From Candidatus Latescibacterota bacterium (lineage in GTDB: Bacteria > Latescibacterota > UBA2968): a stretch of 64,000 nucleotides of DNA. The DNA lies in NCBI GenBank assembly GCA_965116885.1, contig OZ220741.1:160001-224000 (forward strand). The letters run 5' to 3'. The notes under the pieces were generated by a model, which had not been told where the DNA came from, searched no databases, and was given only the letters and a program-made list of their open reading frames with translations. The first letter of the stretch is position 1. Each line of letters opens with the position of its first letter. This document shows, piece after piece, positions 1 through 9,834 of this stretch. The position numbers and the translations under genes were made by a program.

Positions 1-287
1 TGCCTGTTCACAGCCACAAAATCGGCACGCTCTTCTTCTGTTCTCGCTGTCCAATCTCGACCGAGAGACTCCCGGCTAAATGTTTCAAAATCGAACAACT
101 CACCCACGATAGATTTAAGCGCGGCGCGCTCTTTGGGCGTATCACCCCCGGTTTCTGAACGCACAATATCCTGAATCGCCCGGTCGCGGCTCTTCACCAT
201 ATCGAGCAGTGCATCACCCTGATCAGATGCGCTCGCCACACCCATTAAAACGAGCATCAGGAACGCAGGTCTGAACAATAAAATCAT
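1..287 (-). CDS. MlaC/Ttg2D-family periplasmic lipid-binding protein (5' part; runs off the left edge)
   Basis: Not in the ORF track. Manual translation from ATG at 287 gives MILLFRPAFLMLVLMGVASASDQGD...LFDFETFSRESLGRDW...ERADFV: a signal peptide plus the MlaC-like DFxxxSRxxLGRxW motif. Confidence 0.75.
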   Translation of the reverse strand, partial: MILLFRPAFLMLVLMGVASASDQGDALLDMVKSRDRAIQDIVRSETGGDTPKERAALKSIVGELFDFETFSRESLGRDWTARTEEERADFVAVNR

Positions 288-542
288 AACATATCGCCTA
301 TGAATATCAACAACTTGTTTACAGACGGTATCTCCGTCAATTTTAGTATTTTTCTTCCACAAAGTCAAGATAGCGATAGCCTGCCTTTGAGAAAGAGAAC
401 TTGAACATTAACAAAAAGAAAGAACGCCTATTTTGCAACAAAATTCTAATGATTTTTAGAAAAAATACCGCGTACAAACAAACTTCTGTTGAAGCTATAC
501 ACCCCCCAACAGAAGTTTATCTCAACTCAGACAGAATTTGCA

Positions 543-1988
543 TCAATCCGCTTTCTCCCCCACATCCACATTCAAAGCACCGCGCGCGCGAAGCATCTGC
601 CCGCCAAAGCCAAAAATACCCGCCGTCAAAAACGCAGAACCAATCACGAGGAACCAGTACATACCCTCAATACTATTCGCGACAGCCAGTGTGCAAAAGA
701 ACGCGGCAAAAAAATCGCGGCGACTCACAAATTTGAGCGACATACAAAAACGGTGAAACCACCCGCGTTCACTCTCGGGAACATCGCTCGAAAACGCCAT
801 ATTAAAACTCACAATACTGCCGGATCCCACCACTTTCATATACAGAAAAATCAGCAATACCCCCAACAAATCCATAAAAACCATCACACCGCCCAGCAGG
901 GGATAAAATGCCTCGCCCGTATATGCGTACATCCCGGCGAGCACCGCAGTAAAAAACACGAGATAGGACATATTATCCGCCAGCGTATCGACCCACTCGC
1001 CCATGCGAGAACCCATAAATTTTAATTTCGCAATCTCACCATCGCACCCATCTACAATAGACGCAAACTGAAACAACAGCCCGCCCAGTGCCAGATGCAA
1101 ATAACTCGCACTCCCCTTAAAAACCAGCCATGCCGACAAAAAACTCAACAACATCGTCGCAATCGACAACTGATTTGGCGTGATGGGCGTATGCACGAGC
1201 AGGCGAGAAATGCGCGTGGAAATTTTGCGATTGAAATAGCGCGACACAAAACCATCGGTCGGTTTACCGAGCCTGCGAAACAGCTCCTGCTCCGCGTGAA
1301 CATGTGCCTCGGGCGTATCCACATCGAGCCAAAACGCGCCATCGATATCCGCAGTCCGCATACTGCCTCTCTCAGCCAAAACGCGAATCCCCCCCGACAA
1401 TGACCCCTCGCCCTCTGCAATAGACCGTTCCAGCGCGCCAAACAAAAATGGACTGCACAGAAAAATCCCCGTATCCACCGCATTGAAATCGGCCAATTCT
1501 TTTCCAATTTTGCTCACGCGATGGTTCCGTGTCATCACCTTCGTAGCATCTTCCATATCAAAAATGCCATCGATATCTGTATCGACGCACAGCACGGCTT
1601 CATCCTGCCCAACCGGCATACGGCGCAACTTGACCAATATCTCGGGATCAAACAGATGATCGGACATCAAAAGAATAAACGGCTCATCGACATATTCCCT
1701 GGCACTCAATACCGACACCCCATTGCCGCGCGCCCATTCCTTATTTTCAACCCAGTCAATCGCCACATCCGAAAGCTGTGGATCATCGGCAAGCGCGTGC
1801 ATAATCTCCTGGCACCGATATCCAACCACAACCACAAACTCTGAAATGCCCGCACGCATAGCCGACAAAATCGTGCGCTTGAGCAATGGCACGCCGGCCA
1901 GGGGCACGAGAGGCTTGGGCAAATCCGCCCCATAACCTCTCAACCGACTGCCCATACCGGCGGCAATAATTACAGCTTTATTCACCAT
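543..1988 (-). CDS. Bifunctional NTP-transferase / CDP-alcohol phosphatidyltransferase (IPCT/DIPPS-like)
   Basis: N-terminal AAGMGSRL...PKPL nucleotidyltransferase motif, LMSDH, WLDVDT. C-terminal TM domain with DGCDGEIAKLKFMGSRMGEWVDTLAD (CDP-alcohol phosphotransferase signature). Start re-called at MVNKAVII. Confidence 0.85.
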   Translation of the reverse strand: MVNKAVIIAAGMGSRLRGYGADLPKPLVPLAGVPLLKRTILSAMRAGISEFVVVVGYRCQEIMHALADDPQLSDVAIDWVENKEWARGNGVSVLSAREYVDEPFILLMSDHLFDPEILVKLRRMPVGQDEAVLCVDTDIDGIFDMEDATKVMTRNHRVSKIGKELADFNAVDTGIFLCSPFLFGALERSIAEGEGSLSGGIRVLAERGSMRTADIDGAFWLDVDTPEAHVHAEQELFRRLGKPTDGFVSRYFNRKISTRISRLLVHTPITPNQLSIATMLLSFLSAWLVFKGSASYLHLALGGLLFQFASIVDGCDGEIAKLKFMGSRMGEWVDTLADNMSYLVFFTAVLAGMYAYTGEAFYPLLGGVMVFMDLLGVLLIFLYMKVVGSGSIVSFNMAFSSDVPESERGWFHRFCMSLKFVSRRDFFAAFFCTLAVANSIEGMYWFLVIGSAFLTAGIFGFGGQMLRARGALNVDVGEKAD

Positions 1989-2022
1989 AACTTCTACAAC
2001 CTTTCGCAATATCCCGAGCGAT

Positions 2023-3339
2023 TTACAAAAGACTGCGTCCAACAGCCCGTTGTAATCGCGCCCAGGATCGGTTAAAATCGAACACTGCTTCGTAATACTT
2101 GGCGCGAATAATGCCGTACTCTTTTGCGGCATCTATCATATCTGACGCTTCTTCAAGCCCGGCATTAAATCCATCGCGAACCGATATAAACCACCGGCGG
2201 GTCGCCCGCCGCGCCGTGCTGGCAGCCGCCATATTTTTTTGTGCCTCGATCAACTCGCGGTAAATCTTCTCAATTTCAATTGCCACGCCCTTCTCGGCCA
2301 GTTGCTTCTGATACAACAACTTCTGATATTCCAAACTCGCTTTCCGCGCCTTTGCCGACGTAAGCCCAAACGACAGCGACTGCCGAACACCTATCACCGC
2401 CCCTGCCTGCAAAATATTGAAATCATCTCTGGCAAAAGGACTTAGTTGATCGTCGCGGTTCGGTGCGTAGCCATACTTAAATTGACCCGCAATAAATACC
2501 TGGGGATACTGCTCGCCTTTTGCCACCTGCATTAGAGATTCACGCACCTGCACGACAGCCTGTAACTGCTGTATATCCTCGCGCGCTCCCGCGCGTTTGA
2601 GATAAAACGCAAGCGGCTCAATCTCCACATCAACAGGCGTTAAAGGCCCAGCAAGAGTCAGCGAATCCCCCTCGCTCAATCCCAGAAGCAGGCGCAGGGC
2701 AGACTCGGCAAGCGCTTTTGTTTTCGCCGCTTCGTGTACTTTTTCGCGCACATCAAAGGCAAACCGATCAATGCGGTTCAGATCCGCATACGTAAAATCG
2801 CCCTCTTCTGCCTCCAGCTTCTCCGCCACAAAATCGCGCGCCGTTTGAAAATCACTTTGTGCCTCCAGCGCCAGTGCCCACAAATCCTGCGTCAGTTGCA
2901 ATCCAAAATACACCTCGGCAACCTGAAGCTCCAGATCGCCCCGCGCTTTTCGCAGCCCCGCCTGTTGAGCCGTCACCCCTGCCATAGCCGCTGCTTTGGC
3001 CCCAGACAAATAACCGAATGTGAACAGAGGTTGCACAACTGTCGCTTCTGTACGCGTAAAAATACTCAAATGACTCAGCATGGTCTCGCCAGTGAGCGCG
3101 TCACCGCGCGCCTCGGGCGAAGGACCAATAACAGATCGCAGTTCAAACTGCGGCAAAAAGCGGATGGCATTGGCCTGATCTAATTGCGCCCGCGCAATAT
3201 CGACATCAACCGCTGCCGCACGCACGCCGGGATGCACGCGCATCGCCTGTGCAATACTCGCGGACAAATCATAAGTTTCGGCGCGGAGAGAATGCGCACA
3301 AATAAAAATCCCCAAATAAGACACACACAGCTTTAACAT
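2023..3339 (-). CDS. TolC-family outer membrane efflux protein
   Basis: Signal peptide, two OEP-like helical repeats (QPLFTFG, VAEVYFGL, ARLQRAVG). Start re-called at MLKLCVSY. Confidence 0.85.
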   Translation of the reverse strand: MLKLCVSYLGIFICAHSLRAETYDLSASIAQAMRVHPGVRAAAVDVDIARAQLDQANAIRFLPQFELRSVIGPSPEARGDALTGETMLSHLSIFTRTEATVVQPLFTFGYLSGAKAAAMAGVTAQQAGLRKARGDLELQVAEVYFGLQLTQDLWALALEAQSDFQTARDFVAEKLEAEEGDFTYADLNRIDRFAFDVREKVHEAAKTKALAESALRLLLGLSEGDSLTLAGPLTPVDVEIEPLAFYLKRAGAREDIQQLQAVVQVRESLMQVAKGEQYPQVFIAGQFKYGYAPNRDDQLSPFARDDFNILQAGAVIGVRQSLSFGLTSAKARKASLEYQKLLYQKQLAEKGVAIEIEKIYRELIEAQKNMAAASTARRATRRWFISVRDGFNAGLEEASDMIDAAKEYGIIRAKYYEAVFDFNRSWARLQRAVGRSLL

Positions 3340-3489
3340 GTGTGAAAAAAAACCACACCTGTTGCAATTTAACAACATATTTCTCCTGGACTCCGGCAAA
3401 AAACTCGAAAATATAAAATCTATATCTATATTAAACAAATGTTTAATAGAAGACCATGCAAACAGGCACAAAATATCTCTCCCTATATA

Positions 3490-3505
3490 AGCGAAATCCG
3501 TGCCA
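3490..3505 (-). promoter_or_regulatory. Sigma54 (-24/-12) promoter upstream of tolC
   Basis: Minus strand TGGCACGGATTTCGCT matches TGGCAC-N5-TTGC with exact GG...GC spacing and one mismatch. Confidence 0.65.
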
Positions 3506-3656
3506 TCGTTAAATATACAAAAAAGGGACTTATATACAAAATGGACAAGTTTTAGAGAAATGAAGTGGATTTTTGGAATAATACTTGCATAAATTATTGA
3601 AATTATTTGTATTTACGGCATAATTCGAGCTTTAAATTGTATTTTGGAGTAAAGCA

Positions 3657-4085
3657 ATGAGTGTAGTGAGAGTACAGCGAGGGTATAAGTATCGTTTGTA
3701 TCCGAATAAGTATCAGGAGCAACTGTTAATACGCACGTTTGGATGTTGTCGGTATGTGTATAATTACGGTTTGGAGCGGAAGGAAAAGTCATATAAAGAG
3801 GTGGGGCGTAGTGTGAGTCATGGAGAATTGATGAAAGAATTGACAGCAATAAAAAAAGAGCCGGATAAGGGATGGTTGAATGAGGTCTCTGCGGGAGCGT
3901 TACAAGAATCGTTACGTATTTTGAAGAATAGTTACGAGCGATTTTTCAAGAAACAAAGTGGGAAGCCTCATTTTAAGAGTAAGAGTAAAAAGCAGAGTAT
4001 TCGTTATGATCGGACGCGATGTAAGGTGACGGAACGCGGTATAAAGTTACAAAAGATAGATAAGGTATATAATCCCCACACGTAA
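3657..4085 (+). pseudogene. tnpB: Truncated IS200/IS605-family TnpB (N-terminal HTH/OrfB part only; no RuvC or Zn finger)
   Basis: GYKYRLYPNKYQEQLLIRTFGCCRYVYN...LQESLR...FFKKQSGKPHFKSK is a typical TnpB N-terminus. The ORF stops at 142 aa and is AT-rich. Confidence 0.85.
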
Positions 4086-4135
4086 GTTGTCCCGGCGAAA
4101 GAAGGGATCAAAAAAAAACCCGGACAAAAGTTTGG

Positions 4136-5002
4136 TCAGGGCCCTCTCTCTTCCACGATTTGCAGTTCGGCAGTATCCACTTCGCTGGCTCCGAAATATC
4201 CCAATGCATATCGCTGGGGATTGGTCAGATTCTCTATGTTGCCCCTAATTAACGCCGCAGGCGTAGGGAAGAGGGGATCTTGCCCTGTCTGCTCGAAGAG
4301 CAGGAAGTAATATTCAAAGGCCTCTTTCGATAAGGAGAGCTGTCTCACGAGGACCAACTGATCCGATTTTACCGTGGCTTCTTGGTTGGGTTCGAAACCG
4401 ATGACTTTCTCTCCGTCAAAAAACTCATCCGATCCGACAAAGTTGAGCGAATTACCAGGATCGGGCTCTGCCTGCAGTACGCCGTCCGCGAATTGCTCCC
4501 ACAAATAGTAATCTTCGCGACCCGGGACGTCTTGATAGTCGATCTTTACTCGAATGCCTCCGTCCTCGAACGAATTGGCCTTCTCAAATTGCTGGTAGAT
4601 CGAGTCGATGGGCGAGACGGGAAGTAGTATTTCGACTGCTCGATAGGATTCGCCGTTAAGGTCAATTTCAAGGGTGTAGGTCCTGCCAACTTCTGGCCGC
4701 ATGTCCCTGTTTTCGTACATGCCGGCTTGGCGCGAGGACTCAGCGAAGAGGTAGGTGGTGCCCTCATCGTCGCGTACGATCACCTCTGCTCCGCTGACCA
4801 CAGGTGTGGATTCATTGCTGAAATAGGGGGCTGTGGTAGACAATCTGATTGACTGCGCGACTTCGCGATCATCTTGGTAGCGCTCGATGCGACCTTCAAC
4901 GACGAGTCGTTCCGGTCCTTCTTCTACATCGATATTGACGACTCTCTCACATCCCATGAGCACGAGGGCTGACAGCCAGACAGCGATTAGTATGTTTTTC
5001 AT
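4136..5002 (-). CDS. DUF4249-family lipoprotein (partner of TonB receptor)
   Basis: Lipobox LVLMG-C, LVVEG, C-terminal GNIENLTNP...LGYFGAS. Start re-called at MKNILIAV, 2 nt after the TBDR stop. Confidence 0.8.
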   Translation of the reverse strand: MKNILIAVWLSALVLMGCERVVNIDVEEGPERLVVEGRIERYQDDREVAQSIRLSTTAPYFSNESTPVVSGAEVIVRDDEGTTYLFAESSRQAGMYENRDMRPEVGRTYTLEIDLNGESYRAVEILLPVSPIDSIYQQFEKANSFEDGGIRVKIDYQDVPGREDYYLWEQFADGVLQAEPDPGNSLNFVGSDEFFDGEKVIGFEPNQEATVKSDQLVLVRQLSLSKEAFEYYFLLFEQTGQDPLFPTPAALIRGNIENLTNPQRYALGYFGASEVDTAELQIVEERGP

Positions 5003-5004
5003 AT

Positions 5005-7368
5005 TTAGAATTTCCGGTTGTAGGTTATGCTGGGCAGGATTCCGAAAAGGGATATTTGTACGGCTTCGGTGACAAGCTTGTCCTTCTCGTTTTGCCGCAC
5101 GCTGAGTGAGGCGGAGTTGCGTCGGTTGTACACGTTGTAGATGGTAAAGGCCCAACTGTTTTCATTGGCTGTCGTGTAGGTCAGTCCCAGATCCAGGCGG
5201 TGATAGGCTGGCAGGCGAGCCCCATGGCGGGTCTCGTACTGAGGAACAATAAAATTGGCGAATTCGTAGCGGCTGGCCGGGAGGGTGGAGGGCGTACCTG
5301 TGGCAAGGACGAGATTCGTCGATAGCGACCAGCGGGGTTTGAGCGCGTATACCGTTGTCAGGGTCAGGTCGTGTGTCTTGTCGTTGCTGGCTGGATAGTA
5401 CCTCCCGTTGTTGATGCCCGGATCGCCGTTACCTAGTCCAGGGACTTGTCGCTCGGTGCGCGACCACGTGTACCCCAACCAACCGGTTAATTGTCCGGTG
5501 CGCTTGCGCACCATCAGCTCTACGCCATAGGAACGGCCCTCGCCCTTTAGTAGCTCGGTTTCCAGGTTGTTGTTGACGGTCAGGTCGGCTCCGTCAACGT
5601 AGTCGATCTGGTTGTTCATCTTCTTATAGTAAGCTTCGATCGAGGCTTCGTACGTGTTGTCCTGGAGATTTCGGAAGTAGCCAGCGGCGATCTGGTCCGC
5701 TGTTTGCGGTTCAACAAAAGGTCCGCTGGGCCTCCAGATGTCCAATGGCTGGGACGCGGTAGTATTGGAGATGAGGTGGATATACTGCCGGATGCGATTG
5801 TAGCTCACCTTGATCGAGCTGGACTCTGTCAAGGACCATCGTGCCGACGCTCGGGGCTCCAGACCAGCAAAGCTCTGTATGTTTTCCCTCTCCCCAAACG
5901 AGATGACGCTATCGACCACGCCCGCTTCGTACCGGCCCAGGGTCTCGTTGTAGACGATGGGTTGATTATCACGATAGACGGGAAGGTCCTGGGCACCCTG
6001 ACGTCTGAACGCCGAGAGACGCAACCCATATTGGAGAGAGATAAAGTCGGTGAGTTGATGGTCCAGGCTGAGGTACGCGCCTGGCTCTATGGCGTTCTGT
6101 TGATCCAGTTCCGTTGGCACAACAGAGGACGCTTTCCCAATGGGTTTGATGGTGCCGGGGGTAAAGCTGTAATGGATGGTACTCGCGCCGAAGTTGACCG
6201 CATTTCCTTCGCTCAGTGAGTAGGAGAAATCCGCTTTGAGCTTGTAGTTGGTTATGTGTGATAACCAATTGTGTTCTGCGCCTGCCGTGAATGTATCGCT
6301 ATCGTAGCTGTACCTGCTGAACACTCCCGTGAAATTCGCGAAGAGTCGCCGGCTGAAGAGGTTCCATCGGATGGTGGCTGTGGTATTCCCCCACGCGTTG
6401 CCGAAGATGTCCGCTACTTTGAACGCGTCTCTGCCACGATAGCCCGAGACAAAGAGCCGGTTGTTGTCGTTGATATTGTAGTTGCCTTTGAAGTTGACGT
6501 CGTAGAAGTGGGCGGTACTCTTGTCACTGCTAAACGCGTTGTAGAAGATGTCGCCGTATGAACGGCGAGCGGCGATCACGTAGGATCCGCGACCGTTGGC
6601 GACCGGTCCTTCAAGGAGCAGCCGCCCCGAGAGGATGCCTATTCCCACTTTGCCGCGGAACTCTTTGGCATTGCCCTCCTTTTGTCGCACATCCAGCACT
6701 GAAGACAAGCGTCCGCCATATTGCGCTGGGATACCGCCTTTGTAGATCTTGATATCTTTGGTGATGTCAGCATTGAAAACTGAGAAGAAGCCGAAGAGAT
6801 GAGCGGCGTTATAGACGATGGCTTCGTCGAGTAGGACGAGATTCTGATCTGCTGCGCCACCGCGCACGTTGAAGCCCGCAGCTCCTTCGCGTACGGTCGT
6901 CACTCCCGGCAATAGTTGTATTGTTTGTACCACGTCTGCTTCACCCAATACAGCCGGCGTGCGCTGTACTGTCTGTATGTCCAACTCGGCTGCGCTCATT
7001 TCGATCGATTCGACATTCTTATCGGCTTGGTGTGCGCTCACAGCGATCTGCCCCAGTTCGATGACGGCTACCCTCAGTTCGATGTTGAGCACTTGATCCT
7101 GATGCGGGTCTGTCGTGCGCACGATTGATTCGTAGCCGATGAGGCTAAAGCTGATTTCATGAGCTCCTGCTGGCAGTCGTAGCGAGTAATGCCCGTAGGC
7201 ATTCGTGATTGTACCCACCTGAAGGGTCGTTACAACGACATTGACGCCCGGTAGAGCTTCGCCGTCGGCCGCATCTTTGATTTGGCCGCTAACGGTGAGT
7301 GTCTCCTGAGCTGGGCTGTTTGTGATTGTCGTGAGCAGCAGACAAGCTGTTAGGAAGGACTTGTGCAT
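5005..7368 (-). CDS. TonB-dependent receptor (Bacteroidota-type, CarboxypepD_reg-like N-domain)
   Basis: Signal peptide, GFNVRGGAADQNLVLLD plug, KGGIPAQYGGRLSSVLD, RLPAYHRLDL, C-terminal PSITYNRKF. Start re-called at MHKSFL. Confidence 0.9.
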   Translation of the reverse strand: MHKSFLTACLLLTTITNSPAQETLTVSGQIKDAADGEALPGVNVVVTTLQVGTITNAYGHYSLRLPAGAHEISFSLIGYESIVRTTDPHQDQVLNIELRVAVIELGQIAVSAHQADKNVESIEMSAAELDIQTVQRTPAVLGEADVVQTIQLLPGVTTVREGAAGFNVRGGAADQNLVLLDEAIVYNAAHLFGFFSVFNADITKDIKIYKGGIPAQYGGRLSSVLDVRQKEGNAKEFRGKVGIGILSGRLLLEGPVANGRGSYVIAARRSYGDIFYNAFSSDKSTAHFYDVNFKGNYNINDNNRLFVSGYRGRDAFKVADIFGNAWGNTTATIRWNLFSRRLFANFTGVFSRYSYDSDTFTAGAEHNWLSHITNYKLKADFSYSLSEGNAVNFGASTIHYSFTPGTIKPIGKASSVVPTELDQQNAIEPGAYLSLDHQLTDFISLQYGLRLSAFRRQGAQDLPVYRDNQPIVYNETLGRYEAGVVDSVISFGERENIQSFAGLEPRASARWSLTESSSIKVSYNRIRQYIHLISNTTASQPLDIWRPSGPFVEPQTADQIAAGYFRNLQDNTYEASIEAYYKKMNNQIDYVDGADLTVNNNLETELLKGEGRSYGVELMVRKRTGQLTGWLGYTWSRTERQVPGLGNGDPGINNGRYYPASNDKTHDLTLTTVYALKPRWSLSTNLVLATGTPSTLPASRYEFANFIVPQYETRHGARLPAYHRLDLGLTYTTANENSWAFTIYNVYNRRNSASLSVRQNEKDKLVTEAVQISLFGILPSITYNRKF

Positions 7369-7523
7369 AGGTTCTTTCCTTTCCTGATTAATAGCTACGT
7401 GTATATGCGTCAAAGCCTTTTCGGTGACCATCACAAGGATTGTGTATTGCACCGTACATTGGTCATCTGACGAGCGACACAACTAATACTACGGTCCGGC
7501 TGTTAACTGAGGATTGCTGCTAG

Positions 7524-7538
7524 GTAACGAATTGTAAC
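7524..7538. promoter_or_regulatory. GTAAC-N5-GTAAC direct repeat (OmpR/CpxR-type operator) upstream of the TBDR operon
   Basis: GTAACGAATTGTAAC; 13/15 identical to the box at 9754-9768. Confidence 0.6.
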
Positions 7539-7681
7539 AAGATGTGAACGGTGTGAGCGTTGTGGACGCACGAGTATTTCGTGCCTAGGCAGTCTTTGTC
7601 TTGCCTCAAGCGAGGATGATAGAGGGATGCTGTTATGAGAAGCTATTTGGGGGCGCGTAGATGCGCCCTCATTGGGGGAAT

Positions 7682-8992
7682 CTACCTATTATGTAAGGGA
7701 AATGTGAGCAGGACGCATGTTCCTTTGTTCGGTTGGCTCGTAATATCGATCTGTCCTCCGTGTGCCTCCATGATTTTCTTGCATACGCTCATGCCCAAGC
7801 CATAGCCGCCAGTTTGTTTGGAGCGAGATTTATCCACGCGATAGAAGGGCTCGAAGATGTGGGGGAGATCGTCTTTGGGGATGCCTGATCCGTAGTCTTG
7901 CACCTTGACAAAAATCTTCCCTTGCTCCCGGGCACAGGTGACTTCGATGGGATCTTTCGCGTTGGAGTGTCTGGTGGCATTCGAGAGGAGATTGTTGAGG
8001 ACCGTTGTTACTCTTGTTGGGTCGACGCTCACTATGAGATCTTCAGGCGAGCATTGGAGGACGACGCCAGGTTTTTGGTTTTGGTAATTCTTGCACGTAT
8101 CCATTAGGAGATCAAGGATATTGATCGGTTCGAGTTGGAGTCCTCCATAGGAGCTGTTTAGGCGCTCAGTTTCGAGAATTTCTGTCACCATTGCTTCCAT
8201 ATACTTGATGTTTCTGTGGAGGGTTTGCTTGGTCTTGTCGTGCTTGAGAAACTCCAGAGCTACTAGCATGCGCGTTAGCGGTGAGCGTAACTCGTGACTC
8301 ACGTCGAGTAGCAACTGGTCGCGGGTCTGGAGTGACTCACGGATTTGCTGGGTCATATGGTTGAACGAGAGTGCGAGCTGGCCAAGCTCGTCGACGCTAT
8401 TGGTCTTGATCTCAAAGTCGAGGTTGCCTTCCCCAATTGCTCTTACGCCCTCATGTAGTGCCTTTATGGGTTTGAGTTGGTTGCGAAGTATGAGGTAGAT
8501 GGCGAAGAAGGAGAATATGACGAGTCCAAGTGAGATGAGATCATAGAGTTCATTTTGAGGTAGATGGCCGGCTTTGAAGAGATTGAGCTGATAGTGGCCA
8601 TGGTCTGATTGCAGATCTACGAATATGCCTCCGCTTTCCTCGCTGATCATGATCCTGACTCGATCATCCTCCTCATAGGGGATCAGGGCCTCTCTCTTCT
8701 TCACCTGCATGTCGGGGTTACTTTGCCAAATGACGCCGTTGCTTTCATACCAGATGTCTACTTGTAGGCTGTCTGCTGTTTGTTGTAGTCGATGCGGATC
8801 GGGTTGTGGTCCAAGGTCGGCTACAATGCCTTGTGCGTGCCTCACCATGAGGCCTGATAGGGCCGGTAGAATGCTACTTTGTAGTTCACGGTCTTCAAGC
8901 CAGAGGAGGAGGGTTGTCATGATTGCGACGGCGAGAAGGAACAGTAGGGAGATCCTTAGAAAGAGCGACCGCTTGATATTGAAGAGTCTCAT
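7682..8992 (-). CDS. HAMP-domain sensor histidine kinase
   Basis: Two TM segments, HAMP (DELGQLALSFNHM), H-box VSHELRSPL, N-box NLLSNA, G-boxes DYGSGI and GYGLG. Confidence 0.92.
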   Translation of the reverse strand: MRLFNIKRSLFLRISLLFLLAVAIMTTLLLWLEDRELQSSILPALSGLMVRHAQGIVADLGPQPDPHRLQQTADSLQVDIWYESNGVIWQSNPDMQVKKREALIPYEEDDRVRIMISEESGGIFVDLQSDHGHYQLNLFKAGHLPQNELYDLISLGLVIFSFFAIYLILRNQLKPIKALHEGVRAIGEGNLDFEIKTNSVDELGQLALSFNHMTQQIRESLQTRDQLLLDVSHELRSPLTRMLVALEFLKHDKTKQTLHRNIKYMEAMVTEILETERLNSSYGGLQLEPINILDLLMDTCKNYQNQKPGVVLQCSPEDLIVSVDPTRVTTVLNNLLSNATRHSNAKDPIEVTCAREQGKIFVKVQDYGSGIPKDDLPHIFEPFYRVDKSRSKQTGGYGLGMSVCKKIMEAHGGQIDITSQPNKGTCVLLTFPLHNR

Positions 8993-9684
8993 ACTACCTC
9001 CGTGGCGCCGAGGAACATGTACCCTGCACCGCGAATCGTTCGTATGTAACGAGGGTTTTTCGGGTCGTCTTTTAGCTTGTTGCGTATTCTAGATATGAGG
9101 ACATCAACTGAGCGGTCGAAGGCCTCCCAGTCTATTCCTCGAATATTCTGCATGATATAGCCTCGACTGAGGACTCTTCCCTGGCTTTGGACGAGCAGAG
9201 CCAGCATTTCGAATTCTGTTGTTGTGAGATTCAAGGCGACGCCATCGAGTGTGGCGGTATATTTCTCCAAGCTAATTTTGAGACTGCCGACGTGGAGAAG
9301 GTCTTTCTTGGCCGGCTTGTGCCCTCGTCTGAGGACTGCTTGTATTCTCGCGACCAGCTCTCTTGCTTCAAATGGCTTGGGTAGGTAGTCGTCTGCTCCG
9401 AGTTCGAGTCCGACGACACGATCTGTGATGTCCCCACGGGCCGTGAGCATAATAATGGGCAGCGTATTTGTTTCTCGGATGGTCTTGCACACCTTGAATC
9501 CATCCAATTCTGGTAACATGACATCAAGAATGACCAGGTCGAAGTCGCTTGTTCCAAGAAGCTCGAGCCCCTTAGACGGGCTGTGCACAGCGGTTATCTG
9601 GTAGCCGAAGTCTCCCAAGTAGGTCTCTAAGAGGTCGGTGAGTTCTTGGTCATCATCGATGATTAGTATTGAATCCATTACCAT
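8989..9684 (-). CDS. OmpR/CpxR-family response regulator
   Basis: IIDDD, LDVMLP, GADDYLPKPF, wHTH DRSVDVLISRIR...IRTIRGAGY. Overlaps the kinase start by 4 nt. Confidence 0.93.
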   Translation of the reverse strand: MVMDSILIIDDDQELTDLLETYLGDFGYQITAVHSPSKGLELLGTSDFDLVILDVMLPELDGFKVCKTIRETNTLPIIMLTARGDITDRVVGLELGADDYLPKPFEARELVARIQAVLRRGHKPAKKDLLHVGSLKISLEKYTATLDGVALNLTTTEFEMLALLVQSQGRVLSRGYIMQNIRGIDWEAFDRSVDVLISRIRNKLKDDPKNPRYIRTIRGAGYMFLGATEVV

Positions 9685-9753
9685 GAGTCCTATGAGTCCT
9701 TGCTTCTGTAAGGGGAAGAAAACCTTGTAGTGTAAATGGATTTTTTCTGCTTT

Positions 9754-9768
9754 GTAACAGATTGTAAC
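9754..9768. promoter_or_regulatory. GTAAC-N5-GTAAC direct repeat upstream of the response regulator (likely autoregulatory site)
   Basis: GTAACAGATTGTAAC; matches the box at 7524-7538. Confidence 0.6.
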
Positions 9769-9834
9769 CGTGGAGGGGTGTTACGGTGTTGTGTTTTTGG
9801 AAGACCTGTTCAAGTTCCTGCAAGACGTTGCTTT

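Noticed and set aside
3657..4085. Active TnpB/Cas12f RNA-guided nuclease
   Set aside because: No RuvC or Zn finger, no array or omegaRNA evident, and no continuation in other frames.
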